Origin: an uncultured Deferribacteres bacterium
Lineage (GTDB): Bacteria; Zhuqueibacterota; JdFR-76; BMS3Abin05
Length of the DNA stretch: 64,000 bases
Assembly: GCA_964543425.1 (NCBI GenBank)
Contig: CAZIYL010000001.1
Coordinates: forward strand, 632-64,631
Direction of reading: 5' to 3'
The first letter of the stretch is position 1; each line of letters opens with the position of its first letter. Shown one piece after another: positions 48,420 to 60,676 of this stretch. Under the pieces are notes generated by a model, which saw only the letters and a list, made by a program, of their open reading frames with translations, made no database searches and was not told the DNA's origin. A program made the position numbers and the translations under genes.

Positions 48420-48628
48420 TTAAAATTCTCCTTTCATTTGTTTTTGTTTTACTTAGCCTTTTAAATAGTGACGTTAAATATAATATTAAAAAGCATAAAA
48501 AATCAAGTTTTTTTTGGGAAATAAATTACCATTATACGCAGTTCATTTTTCCCTTATTTTTAGACCTTTTGATTTGACTTTGAACGAAATTTTTTTATAT
48601 TTGTTTCCGTAGAGAGTGTTTTATTAAT

Positions 48629-48648
48629 TGTGGATAACTTGTGGAAAA
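48629..48648. promoter_or_regulatory. Two adjacent DnaA boxes upstream of dnaA (TGTGGATAA, TGTGGAAAA)
   Basis: One consensus box and one 8/9 box, ~110 nt upstream of the dnaA ATG. This suggests dnaA autoregulation or part of a split origin. Confidence 0.55.
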
Positions 48649-48758
48649 AGCCTTTTTAATTCTCTGAATCCTTTCTTGTTCAACAAGGTCACGGGCTATC
48701 AAATATGAAGTCCTTTTAATATTTACGATTTTTTCTCTTTCAAAAAACGAGGGTTTTT

Positions 48759-50126
48759 ATGGAAAATGTGATTGGCTCTGTTGAAGAAGCCTGGAATTTT
48801 TGTTTGTCCCGCCTCCGTCCAAAAATTAGTCCACAAAGCTTTAATACATGGTTTAAGCCAATTGTGCCTATTAAAGCAACGGATAGCCAGCTAACAATCC
48901 AGGTTCCAAGCGAGTTTTTTTATGAATGGATTGACGAACATTTTCGGGACATTATTGACCAGGCGCTTTATGAAACATTTAGCAAGCCCATCAAGCTAAA
49001 GTATTCCATTGTTTTGGATGAAAATGCAAAAGTATCTCCCTCAAACGATTCCAGTAGAGGGAAAAAACATCTTCTCTTTTACAATAATGATGGTACGCAT
49101 TTAAATAGTCGTTATATTTTTGAGAATTTTGTGGAAGGCAATAGTAATCAATTTGCAAAGGCCGCCTCATTAGCTGTTGCCGAATCACCTGGAAAAACAT
49201 CTTTTAATCCTTTGTTAATTTATGGCGGTGTTGGATTGGGTAAAACCCATCTGATTCAAGCAATTGGTAATCATGTTCTGACAAAGTATCCAAATAAACG
49301 TATCCAATATGTTTCGAGCGAAAAATTTACGCTTGAATTTATTGATTCTATTAAAAACAATCGGGCTTCCGAATTCAGTTTGCATTACAGAAACGTGGAT
49401 ATTTTACTTGTGGATGACGTTCAGTTTTTTATTAATAAAGAACGAACGCAAGAGGAATTTTTTCACACCTTTAACGAATTGCAACAAAAGGGCAAACAAA
49501 TTGTCTTATCTTCCGACCGCCCTCCGCAGGATTTGGCTGGTTTGGAAGATCGACTTATTTCCCGATTTAGTTCAGGTCTTATTGCTGACATTCAACGGCC
49601 CGATCTGGAAACACGAATCGCTATTTTACAGCGCAAGGCTGAACAAGATCAGATTCAGCTTTCCGATGAAATTACTCAATTTGTTGCGGCAAATATCAAT
49701 TCCAATATTCGCGAGCTTGAGGGTGCCCTCATTAAATTACTCGCCTACGCCTCCCTAAACGGCGAAGACATAACCTTGCGTCTTGCAAAACGGGTTCTGA
49801 AGGATTTAATTAAGAAAAAGAAAAAAACAAATCTCTCAATCGAATTAATTCAACGCGTTGTAAGCGATTATTTTTCGATAAAAGAGGATTTAATTCGTGC
49901 AAAAACAAGGAAAAAAGAAATCGTTGCGGCGCGTCAGATTTCAATGTATTTATCGAAAACATTAACAAACAGCTCTCTCAAAACCATTGGGCTGCATTTT
50001 GGCGGGCGCGACCACACCACCGTCATTCACGCCTATCATACAATCGAAAACAGGCTGACTTCGGAACCTAAATTCCGTGAGATTGTTCAAGAAATTCAAG
50101 AAAAAGTTGATGTGGAGAGCCAATAA
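48759..50126 (+). CDS. dnaA: Chromosomal replication initiator protein DnaA
   Basis: 455 aa with the AAA+ motifs GGVGLGKTHL and DDVQF, and a domain-IV DnaA-box-binding signature. Confidence 0.95.
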   Translation: MENVIGSVEEAWNFCLSRLRPKISPQSFNTWFKPIVPIKATDSQLTIQVPSEFFYEWIDEHFRDIIDQALYETFSKPIKLKYSIVLDENAKVSPSNDSSRGKKHLLFYNNDGTHLNSRYIFENFVEGNSNQFAKAASLAVAESPGKTSFNPLLIYGGVGLGKTHLIQAIGNHVLTKYPNKRIQYVSSEKFTLEFIDSIKNNRASEFSLHYRNVDILLVDDVQFFINKERTQEEFFHTFNELQQKGKQIVLSSDRPPQDLAGLEDRLISRFSSGLIADIQRPDLETRIAILQRKAEQDQIQLSDEITQFVAANINSNIRELEGALIKLLAYASLNGEDITLRLAKRVLKDLIKKKKKTNLSIELIQRVVSDYFSIKEDLIRAKTRKKEIVAARQISMYLSKTLTNSSLKTIGLHFGGRDHTTVIHAYHTIENRLTSEPKFREIVQEIQEKVDVESQ

Positions 50127-50488
50127 ACGTTTTCCACATTTTTTGTGGAAAACGTTGTGAATAGATGTGGAAAAACCCGTGTTTTTCCACACTGTTTTGT
50201 TTGGCTGCAAAATTATTCAAAATACAGGGAATATATAAACAAGTTCTAAACAGTTTTTTCACATAAATAAAAAGTTGTTCAAAATTCTGAATACATTGTT
50301 TTTTATCGAATTATTTTCTCTTACAAAAATGTTTTCCACATATTCACATACATTACTATTACTATTTTTTTATTCTTTTAAAAAAAAATATTAAAGATAT
50401 AATAAAATAATTCCCTTGAAATTATGCGAAAAATTAATTATTTTAATAAAAGTGTAGAAATTACTATTAATTTCACATTCGGGAGGTA
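50127..50488. other. Probable chromosomal origin (oriC): DnaA-box cluster plus AT-rich DNA-unwinding region between dnaA and dnaN
   Basis: At least five TTTTCCACA/TGTGGAAAA boxes lie at ~50130-50341 in both orientations. They are followed by ~130 nt of >85 % AT sequence (50346-50470) immediately upstream of dnaN. Confidence 0.7.
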
Positions 50489-51688
50489 ATGATGAAATTT
50501 TCCGTACCGCGTTCGGAAATTTTTAAAGCTATACAAAGTATTATCGGTGTTGTTCCTCCAAAAACAGCCACACCCATACTGAGTGATGTTTTGTTGAGTC
50601 TTGAGAATAATACTCTAAGATTATACGCGACGGATTTAGAAATTCTGATGTCCACGGAAATCAATGTGGATGGGGTTGAAGATGGGGCTCTGGCGGTGCC
50701 GTCCAAAATGCTGTCCGAAATTCTGCGAGAATTGGGAGATGTAAAGATAGAGGTTCTTACGGAAGACAATTATCGCCTGCGGCTTATTAGCGATCGGGGT
50801 GTATATAAAATTTCCGGAGATCCAAGTGAAGATTTTCCACTGATGCCGGTTTCGGAATTAGTAGAGGAATTCGATATTGACAGTAAGAAAATCTCCCGAA
50901 TGATTGGTAAAACAATTTTTTCGGTTTCGCACGATGAACTGCGCCCGGCGCTAATGGGAGTGCTTTTTCAAATTGACTCAAATGAATTTAGAATGGTTGC
51001 CACGGATGGACACCGGCTGGCACGGATTACAAATGCGGACTTTTCAGCCTCTGTATCTTCAAAAAAATTAATTGTGCCGACCAAAGCATTAAATCTTTTA
51101 TTAAAAAATCTTTCGGATGAAACAAAGGGAATAAAAGTCTCGTTTGGAGAAAATTATATTGTTTTTAAATTTGATCATTCAGAGATTATTTCTCGTTTGG
51201 TGGAAAGCCAGTATCCGGAATATGAAAATGTAATTCCGACAACCAACAAAAGACGTTTACAGATTAATCGGGAATTATTTCACCGAAGCCTAAAGCGCGT
51301 TTCTATTTTTTCAAATTCCATGACGAGGCAAGTGCGGCTTTCCCTCAAACCGGACAAAATTGAAGTTTTTTCTCAGGATTTGGATATTGGTGGTGAGGGT
51401 ATGGAAGTGTTACCTGCGGAATACGAGGGTGAAGAAATGGATATTGGTTATAACGCTCAATATCTGATGGAAATTATTCAACATATTGATACCGAAGATG
51501 TTTTAATGATGTTAGACACGCCGGTTTCCGCAGGAATTGTTCTTCCTTCCGAGCAACTTGAAAAGGAGGATGTTTTGCTTCTTGTAATGCCCGTCCGATT
51601 AACAGAAATGGAAGAAGCAGAGGAAAATTCAGAGGGGGTAAGCGAATACGACAATAGCAGTGAGTATCCGGAAGCTGATGATTATTAA
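50489..51688 (+). CDS. dnaN: DNA polymerase III beta sliding clamp with unusual ~29-aa acidic C-terminal tail
   Basis: 399 aa. The canonical clamp ends near VMPVRL and is followed by TEMEEAEENSEGVSEYDNSSEYPEADDY. Confidence 0.9.
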   Translation: MMKFSVPRSEIFKAIQSIIGVVPPKTATPILSDVLLSLENNTLRLYATDLEILMSTEINVDGVEDGALAVPSKMLSEILRELGDVKIEVLTEDNYRLRLISDRGVYKISGDPSEDFPLMPVSELVEEFDIDSKKISRMIGKTIFSVSHDELRPALMGVLFQIDSNEFRMVATDGHRLARITNADFSASVSSKKLIVPTKALNLLLKNLSDETKGIKVSFGENYIVFKFDHSEIISRLVESQYPEYENVIPTTNKRRLQINRELFHRSLKRVSIFSNSMTRQVRLSLKPDKIEVFSQDLDIGGEGMEVLPAEYEGEEMDIGYNAQYLMEIIQHIDTEDVLMMLDTPVSAGIVLPSEQLEKEDVLLLVMPVRLTEMEEAEENSEGVSEYDNSSEYPEADDY

Positions 51689-51763
51689 TGTTTGATAGTT
51701 TTATTTTTTAATAAGAATTGTTATTTGACAAGAGAAATGCGTTTTTAAAAAGCCAGGAGCAGG

Positions 51764-52896
51764 ATGGTTTTAAAATCAATATATCTTCAACAATTTAGAA
51801 ATTATTTGAAACAAAATTTTGCGTTCGATGATGGGTTAAATGTAATTTATGGCTACAATGGACAGGGGAAAACCAATCTCTTAGAAGCAATTGCGTATAC
51901 GTGTATCACAAAGAGTTTTCGCACAAATTCCGACGCAGAAGTCATACCCTTTCATGCCGATTTTTTTAAGATTGAATCAAAATTTGTTTTTGATCAAGGT
52001 GTGCAAAAAACAGTCTCTTTGGAATATATTCAGGGAGAAGGAAAGCGCGTTTCTATTGATGGAACTCGCACGTCTTCTGCGTCAGAGGTAATAGGTCTCT
52101 TTCCAATTGTTATTCTAACGCCTGAAAATGAAGTTATTGCTAATGGGGGACCATCTGAGCGCAGGCGGTTTTTGGATTTCATTTTATCCCAAACAGACAA
52201 ATCATATTTTAGCGGCATTCAAAATTTTCGGAGAGTACTTCGGCAACGCAACAAAATATTGTTGGATGCTCATGAAAATCGGTTTGGTTTTAGGGAGCGA
52301 ATCGAACCGTGGAATTTGGAAATTTTTGAATTAAACAAGAAAATTACACGCAAACGTAATGAATTTTTAAATGATTTTCAGGAAATATTACAACCCATTT
52401 TTAAACAATTAACGCTGGGGCAGGAAGAAATTTCTATCGTTTATTCTCCGTCTTTCAAAGAAGAATTTTATGATAAGGAGGCATTTTTAGGCGAATTGGA
52501 GAAAAATGTAAATTTTGAGATTATGCGGGGAAACACGCAAATGGGACCTCATCGTGATGAAATTTCGTTTTTAAATAGTGGTTGGGACTTGCGAAAATTT
52601 GGCTCCCGCGGCCAGCACCGGACAGCGGTTATCGCCTTAAAAATTGCAGAATATTTCTACCTGTACAAAATAAAAAGAGAACGCCCGATTTTTCTCCTGG
52701 ATGATGTGTACACGGAAATTGACAAAATTCGGGAAAAAAATATTACGGAATATTTTGCCGAAATAGGGCAAATATTTTTAACCACGAGTGATGTTGATTT
52801 AAAAATCAACTCCGAACTGGAAAAAAACAAAAAAATTTCATATTTTTTTATTGATAATACATATCCGGTTCCACATACGGAGGTTGGACAAAGTCG

Positions 52897-52900
<4 letters not shown>
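51764..52900 (+). CDS. recF: DNA replication and repair protein RecF
   Basis: 378 aa with Walker A GYNGQGKTN, the ABC-type signature and Walker B LLDDVYTEID. Confidence 0.9.
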
Positions 52901-55144
<2,244 letters not shown>

Positions 55145-55193
55145 AATATGAATCTATCGGTTGGAATATAAAATTTAAGGAAGAGAAATAGGA

Positions 55194-57668
55194 ATGGCTG
55201 TAAATCGAGAAAGAGTTGTACCTGTTTTAATTGAAGATGAAATGAGAGGGTCTTATCTGGACTACTCTATGTCGGTTATTGTGGCAAGAGCCCTGCCCGA
55301 TGTACGCGACGGGCTAAAGCCTGTCCATCGCCGCGTCCTTTACGGAATGTACAATTTGGGCTTGCTGCCTAACCGGGCTTATAAAAAAAGCGCAAGAATT
55401 GTGGGAGAGGTTCTTGGAAAATATCACCCCCACGGTGACTCGGCGGTTTACGACTCAATGGTACGAATGGTTCAGGACTTTTCGTTGCGGTATCCGTTAG
55501 TGGATGGGCAGGGAAATTTTGGCTCCGTGGACGGGGATTCTCCGGCGGCCATGCGGTACACGGAAGCCAGACTGTCGCCAATTGCGCTGGAATTGCTGCG
55601 GGATATTGAAAAAGACACGGTTGATTTTACTCCGAATTTTGACGAAACGCTGAAAGAGCCGGTTGTTCTTCCCTCGGTTTTGCCGAATCTTGTGGTGAAT
55701 GGCGCCTCCGGAATAGCTGTGGGAATGGCGACAAATTTTCCGCCGCACAATTTAACCGAGGTCATTGACGGGCTGGTAACTCTCATTGACAATCCGGATG
55801 CGGCGGTTGAAGACATTATGAAATCAATTAAAGGTCCCGATTTTCCGACGGGAGCAATTATCTACGGGGCTGCTGAAATACCGAATATTTATACTACCGG
55901 CCGGGGTAAATTAACGATTCGCGCCCGTGCAAATATTGAGACGCAAAAAAGCGGCAAAGAACGGATTATTGTGACGGAAATCCCCTACCAGGTTAACAAG
56001 AGCAACCTGCTGGAAAAAATGGGAGATTTGGTCCGAAGCAAAAAAATCACCGGAATAAGCGACATCCGTGACGAGTCCGACCGGGATGGCATGCGCGTGG
56101 TAATTGAGCTGAAACGGGATGCTCAGGCAGAAGTGGTGCTCAATCAACTCTACAAGCACACACAGATGCAAACGACGTTCGGTGTCATCATGCTGGCGTT
56201 GGTCAATGGCCAGCCCAAAGTGATGAATCTGAAAGAGGCTCTTAAGCATTTTGTGGATTTCCGCCACGAAGTGGTGGTAGGCCGTACGAAATTTGATCTG
56301 GATAAAGCGGAAAAACGCGCGCATATTTTGGAAGGCCTAAAAATTGCGCTGGATAATATGGATGCCATTATTCACACGATTCGAAAATCACGGGATCCAA
56401 AAACGGCCAAACACAATCTAATGCGAAACTTTAAGCTATCGGAAATTCAGGCTCAGGCTATTTTGGACATGCGGTTACAGCGCCTCACGGGTTTGGAACG
56501 CAAAAAAATCGAAGACGAATATCTATCAATCATCAAATTAATTGCAGAATTGAAAGCTATTCTGGACAGTCGGGCCTTGCGAATGAAAATCGTAAAAGAC
56601 GAACTGCTTGCGTTACAGAAAAAATATGGTGATGAACGCCGAACGGAAATTATTAACAGCGCCGAAGATTTTCAGATTGAAGATTTGATTGCCGAAGAAG
56701 ACATGGTCATCACAATATCCCACAACGGGTTTATTAAGCGATTTCCGGTTTCCGGCTACAAACGGCAGATGCGCGGAGGCCGTGGTTACACAGGTGCTTC
56801 GCCAACCAATGGGGATTTTGTGGAGCATCTGTTTATTGCTTCCACACATCATTATATTTTATTCTTCAGCGACAAGGGAAAGTGCTATTGGTTGAAGGTT
56901 TACGAAATTCCTGAGGGCGGCCGGGCCTCTCGGGGAAGATCCATTGTAAATCTTCTGGCAATTTCAAAAGGCGAAAATATCCGGGCCTTTCTGCCTGTGA
57001 AAGATTTTGATAACGAGCACTACATTGTTATGGCCACAGAAAAAGGTCTGGTTAAAAAGACAAACCTCGCAGCATTTAGCCGGCCTCGGCGCGGCGGGAT
57101 TGTCGCGATTTCCATTAATGAGGGGGATCGGCTCATTGAGGCAATGTTAACCAATGGAATCCAGGAATTGCTTTTGGGAAGCCTTCACGGAAAAGCGGTT
57201 CGTTTTAACGAATCCGAATTACGCGAAATGGGACGAAATGCCGCCGGCGTTCGGGGAATTCGTTTGATGGCAGATGATCGCGTAATCGGAATGGTTCCTG
57301 TTCAACGCGGATCAACGCTTTTGGTACTGACAGAACAGGGCTACGGAAAGCGGAGCAAAATTGAAGATTACCGCCTAACCCATCGCGGGGGTAAGGGAAT
57401 TATTGCCGTGAAAATCACAGAGCGTGTGGGTCGGATGATAGGCATGAAGGTCGTAATGGACAGCGATGATATCATGATTATTACAGCGCTCGGAGTTGTG
57501 ATTCGTCAACCGGTTGAGGGAATTTCGATCATTGGGCGAAATACCCAGGGAGTTCGTCTTATTAAGCTCGATCAGGGCGATCGTATTGCCGATGTGGCTC
57601 GGGTGATTAAAGAAAATAACAATGGTAATGGGAAAGAAGAGGAGCAATCTAATAAAACCAGCGAATAA
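55194..57668 (+). CDS. gyrA: DNA gyrase subunit A
   Basis: 824 aa. The QRDR region reads [15 protein letters not shown], there is an active-site Tyr region, a C-terminal beta-pinwheel and an acidic tail. Confidence 0.95.
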   Translation: MAVNRERVVPVLIEDEMRGSYLDYSMSVIVARALPDVRDGLKPVHRRVLYGMYNLGLLPNRAYKKSARIVGEVLGKYHPHGDSAVYDSMVRMVQDFSLRYPLVDGQGNFGSVDGDSPAAMRYTEARLSPIALELLRDIEKDTVDFTPNFDETLKEPVVLPSVLPNLVVNGASGIAVGMATNFPPHNLTEVIDGLVTLIDNPDAAVEDIMKSIKGPDFPTGAIIYGAAEIPNIYTTGRGKLTIRARANIETQKSGKERIIVTEIPYQVNKSNLLEKMGDLVRSKKITGISDIRDESDRDGMRVVIELKRDAQAEVVLNQLYKHTQMQTTFGVIMLALVNGQPKVMNLKEALKHFVDFRHEVVVGRTKFDLDKAEKRAHILEGLKIALDNMDAIIHTIRKSRDPKTAKHNLMRNFKLSEIQAQAILDMRLQRLTGLERKKIEDEYLSIIKLIAELKAILDSRALRMKIVKDELLALQKKYGDERRTEIINSAEDFQIEDLIAEEDMVITISHNGFIKRFPVSGYKRQMRGGRGYTGASPTNGDFVEHLFIASTHHYILFFSDKGKCYWLKVYEIPEGGRASRGRSIVNLLAISKGENIRAFLPVKDFDNEHYIVMATEKGLVKKTNLAAFSRPRRGGIVAISINEGDRLIEAMLTNGIQELLLGSLHGKAVRFNESELREMGRNAAGVRGIRLMADDRVIGMVPVQRGSTLLVLTEQGYGKRSKIEDYRLTHRGGKGIIAVKITERVGRMIGMKVVMDSDDIMIITALGVVIRQPVEGISIIGRNTQGVRLIKLDQGDRIADVARVIKENNNGNGKEEEQSNKTSE

Positions 57669-57704
57669 AAAAATACGAAACGAAAGGTAATCTAAGGTAA
57701 TCTG

Positions 57705-58478
57705 ATGAAAAACATAAAGCATCTCCGATGGGTTTTGCCCCTGTTCGCCGTACTGCTGTTTGTTCCCTATCTTTTGTTTTCGGAAAAAGTGGAAGAGAAA
57801 GGCGTGGTTACCTACGTTGATGGCAGAGTAAAAAAGAAAACCCCAAAATTGGAAGACTGGATTACTGCTCATAAAAATACGGAAGTAATCGGGGGTGAGA
57901 AGGTTCGTACCTACCTGCGCTCACGGGCGGAAATCAAATTGGCGGGGCTGGACATCGTTCGCCTCGCCCCTGAAACTACGATTGACATCATAAAGCTTTA
58001 CGATGAATCCAAGGATTCTCAGGCCAGAACCACTCAAATTAATGTGGAAGGCGGAGATATGTGGGCTTCGGTTTCCAAGAAAAACAAGAAAGTAAAGTTC
58101 AAATTAGACACACCCGTTGCTGGTACGGCCATAACCGGAACGAAGCTTGAAGTAAGTTTTGGATCCGATTCCAGCTCTGAAGTGCGGGTTTATAAGGGGG
58201 AAGTCAAGGTTTCGAATGCGAAAAAAGATATTGATCGGCTAAAAATAGTACCTAAATTGATCAAACCTCACCAGATCCAAGGGCCGCATCAGATTCAGGG
58301 TCCGCACGAAGTTTCGATGAAAAAATGGCTCTACATTGTGAAAGAGATGCAGATGCTAAAAATAGACAAGCACGGAACGGTAAAATACGCGGGTACCTTT
58401 TCGCTGAAACAAATGAAAAATAAAGCCGATTGGGTGAAATGGAACCTTAAACGTGACAAAGCGCTTGGCGTTAAATAG
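57705..58478 (+). CDS. Secreted FecR-domain-like protein with PHQIQG tandem repeat
   Basis: 257 aa with a signal peptide, a FecR-like beta-sandwich pattern and a tandem PHQIQGPHQIQGPH. Confidence 0.5.
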   Translation: MKNIKHLRWVLPLFAVLLFVPYLLFSEKVEEKGVVTYVDGRVKKKTPKLEDWITAHKNTEVIGGEKVRTYLRSRAEIKLAGLDIVRLAPETTIDIIKLYDESKDSQARTTQINVEGGDMWASVSKKNKKVKFKLDTPVAGTAITGTKLEVSFGSDSSSEVRVYKGEVKVSNAKKDIDRLKIVPKLIKPHQIQGPHQIQGPHEVSMKKWLYIVKEMQMLKIDKHGTVKYAGTFSLKQMKNKADWVKWNLKRDKALGVK

Positions 58479-58855
58479 GCCGTTTGTTGAGAGAGTTTGT
58501 TTTTTAGGATTTGGAGGCTGATTCCTTTATCGCTTATTTAGGGTGTCACAAAATAGTTATTTTCGTAAATAATGTGACGTATTCTACAAGGTTGATGATT
58601 TTGCTGATAAAATAGGTAACATGAGTTAAAATCCAAATCCCAAATCAGTTCGAATGATCGAAATTCAAAACAAAGCAACAGAACCATTTGGTTGCTGTTT
58701 TTGGAAATTGCATTATTTGAATTTTGGATTTGTTTCAAATTTCGATATTCGGAATTCATATTTAATTTGACTCAAGATCGTCCGAAGCCATCTTTTCAAA
58801 ATAGACGTATCAGAATCCATAAAGTAGCCTACTAAGGCCTGAAGAGGGAATAAAA

Positions 58856-59254
58856 ATGCTGAAAACAATTTCTGTTAGTACGCATAATCACACAGAATTT
58901 ATTCGTTTGGATTCGGAGATTCAAAACATTGTTTCAGAAAGTGGCGTGAAAAATGGGATTTGTACAATCTTTTCGCCACACACCACAGCGGCGATTACCA
59001 TTAACGAAAATGCGGATCCGAATGTTGTGCGGGATATTATCGCCGAAACGGAAAAAGTGATTCCCTGGCGCGATGGCTACCGACACGTGGAGGGAAATTC
59101 GGCGGCTCACATTAAGTCCAGCCTGTTTGGGGCATCCGAAACAATTCTTATTCAGGATGGGCGCTTGAAACTGGGAACCTGGCAATCCATTTATTTTTGT
59201 GAATTTGACGGACCTCGCCATCGGAAGGTTTGGGTTCAACTAATCAGCGAATAA
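58856..59254 (+). CDS. yjbQ: Secondary thiamine-phosphate synthase enzyme YjbQ (UPF0047)
   Basis: 132 aa, matching the YjbQ family end to end (CTIFSPHTTAAITINENADP...WQSIYFCEFDGP). Confidence 0.85.
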   Translation: MLKTISVSTHNHTEFIRLDSEIQNIVSESGVKNGICTIFSPHTTAAITINENADPNVVRDIIAETEKVIPWRDGYRHVEGNSAAHIKSSLFGASETILIQDGRLKLGTWQSIYFCEFDGPRHRKVWVQLISE

Positions 59255-59278
59255 GCAAAAAAATGATTGGGTCAACAG

Positions 59279-59306
59279 ATATCCCGTTTTGCGGGATATT
59301 TTTTTA
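59279..59306 (+). terminator. Rho-independent terminator after yjbQ
   Basis: ATATCCCGttttGCGGGATAT is followed by TTTTTTT. Confidence 0.75.
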
Positions 59307-59404
59307 TCTGTGAGTCCAGTCTAAAAAAGATATCTCCCACGAATTTCGCGAATTATCACGAATTGATTTTATGGATGTTAAAAGAATTATATCCCGTATA
59401 ATTT

Positions 59405-59440
59405 GTGCAATTAGTGGTTTTTAGAATGCACTCATCTGTG
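59405..59440 (+). repeat. Copy 2 of the repeated element GTGYAATTAGTGGTTTTTAGAAT..CTCAT
   Basis: See copy 1. It is preceded by a TATAAT at 59393-59398 and an AATTATAT/ATATAATT hairpin. It lies 50 nt upstream of the antiporter gene. Confidence 0.5.
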
Positions 59441-59488
59441 AAAACGGTTTTTATGATGGGCAGCACCCCAAAATGCGACTGAATCAAA

Positions 59489-60676
59489 ATGAAAAATCTT
59501 CTGGCAATTTTTGTTCTGGTAATTGTATTGTTGTTCGGCGTACCGCTTGTCCGGCTTTCTCGTTCAAAGATCGGATTTGAAATCATTCCGTTTTACAGTA
59601 TTCTTTTTGTGCTAATCGGTATTCTTTTTAGCCAATCAGGTTTAAATGTATTTACCGATGCCGTGTTAACTCAAATTTTTCCGCTAATCGGTTTTTCTCT
59701 TGGATGGCTCGGCTTTTTAATGACCATTGATTTTGATTTTCATCTCGTGAGAAAAATCGATTCGCGGGATGTGATTTATTCTCTCGTTTTTTCGGCGGGA
59801 GCATTTCTCTTTGTAGGGATTGGGTTTTTTCTCCTTTTTCGAACGGTTTTTCAACAAATTCCGACGTCAATGGCATGGCTGCTGGCCTCCCTTTCGGTGA
59901 CGACATCTCCGTTGCTTCTGCGGCTTTTGATCAAAAAGCGGCGCAAACGCTCTCCGAAAATTGAACGGCTCTCGTTGATCACTGTTTTGGGGGGGATTTT
60001 AGGCGTTTTAATTTATGGAATTGTGGTAAGCTTTTTGACGGAAAACCCTTGGTGGCGGAATTTAATTTTTACTCTAATTGTGGGGGTTGGCTCCGGGCTC
60101 TTCATTAATCTAATGGTAATGGGTGCCCGCAAGCAAAACGAAATGCTGCTCTTTGTGTATGGCATTATTTTTCTTTCCAGCGGTCTGGCTGGGTTGCTGG
60201 ATATTTCTCCATTGTTTGTGAATGCAATTTCAGGTATAATTGTGGCGAATTCTTCCGTAAAAAAAAGCCGTGTGGCCGCCATTTTGTATGAGGCAGAACA
60301 ACTGATAATTGTGTTTATTTATGTTCTTTTCGGGGCCCTCTGGACGCTTCATCCCGAGGGCTTGGGTCGCCTTTTATGGGTAGCCGGTGTGATTGGCATT
60401 TCTTATGTGGTTCTTCGGCATTCCGGTAAACTTTTCGGAGCATTTGTGATGAAAAGATTCTACCACGAAGACACGCTGTTTTTTGCAAATAACCTTGTTT
60501 GCCAGATTTCCGTACTGCTGGCAATTCTGATTGATTTTCGTCTGATCGCAGGTACAAATCGGGAATTTGTAAATCTATTATTTTTGGCAATGTTTTTTGC
60601 CGTATTGATTTCAATGGTTGTAGCGTCCTATTTTATGAACCGTGCTTTTGGAAAGCTGAACCAGAAAAATGTTTGA
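59489..60676 (+). CDS. Cation:proton antiporter family membrane protein (CPA/Na+-H+ exchanger-like)
   Basis: 395 aa, ~11-12 TM. It is a paralog of the following gene, and the two overlap by 8 nt. Confidence 0.65.
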   Translation: MKNLLAIFVLVIVLLFGVPLVRLSRSKIGFEIIPFYSILFVLIGILFSQSGLNVFTDAVLTQIFPLIGFSLGWLGFLMTIDFDFHLVRKIDSRDVIYSLVFSAGAFLFVGIGFFLLFRTVFQQIPTSMAWLLASLSVTTSPLLLRLLIKKRRKRSPKIERLSLITVLGGILGVLIYGIVVSFLTENPWWRNLIFTLIVGVGSGLFINLMVMGARKQNEMLLFVYGIIFLSSGLAGLLDISPLFVNAISGIIVANSSVKKSRVAAILYEAEQLIIVFIYVLFGALWTLHPEGLGRLLWVAGVIGISYVVLRHSGKLFGAFVMKRFYHEDTLFFANNLVCQISVLLAILIDFRLIAGTNREFVNLLFLAMFFAVLISMVVASYFMNRAFGKLNQKNV

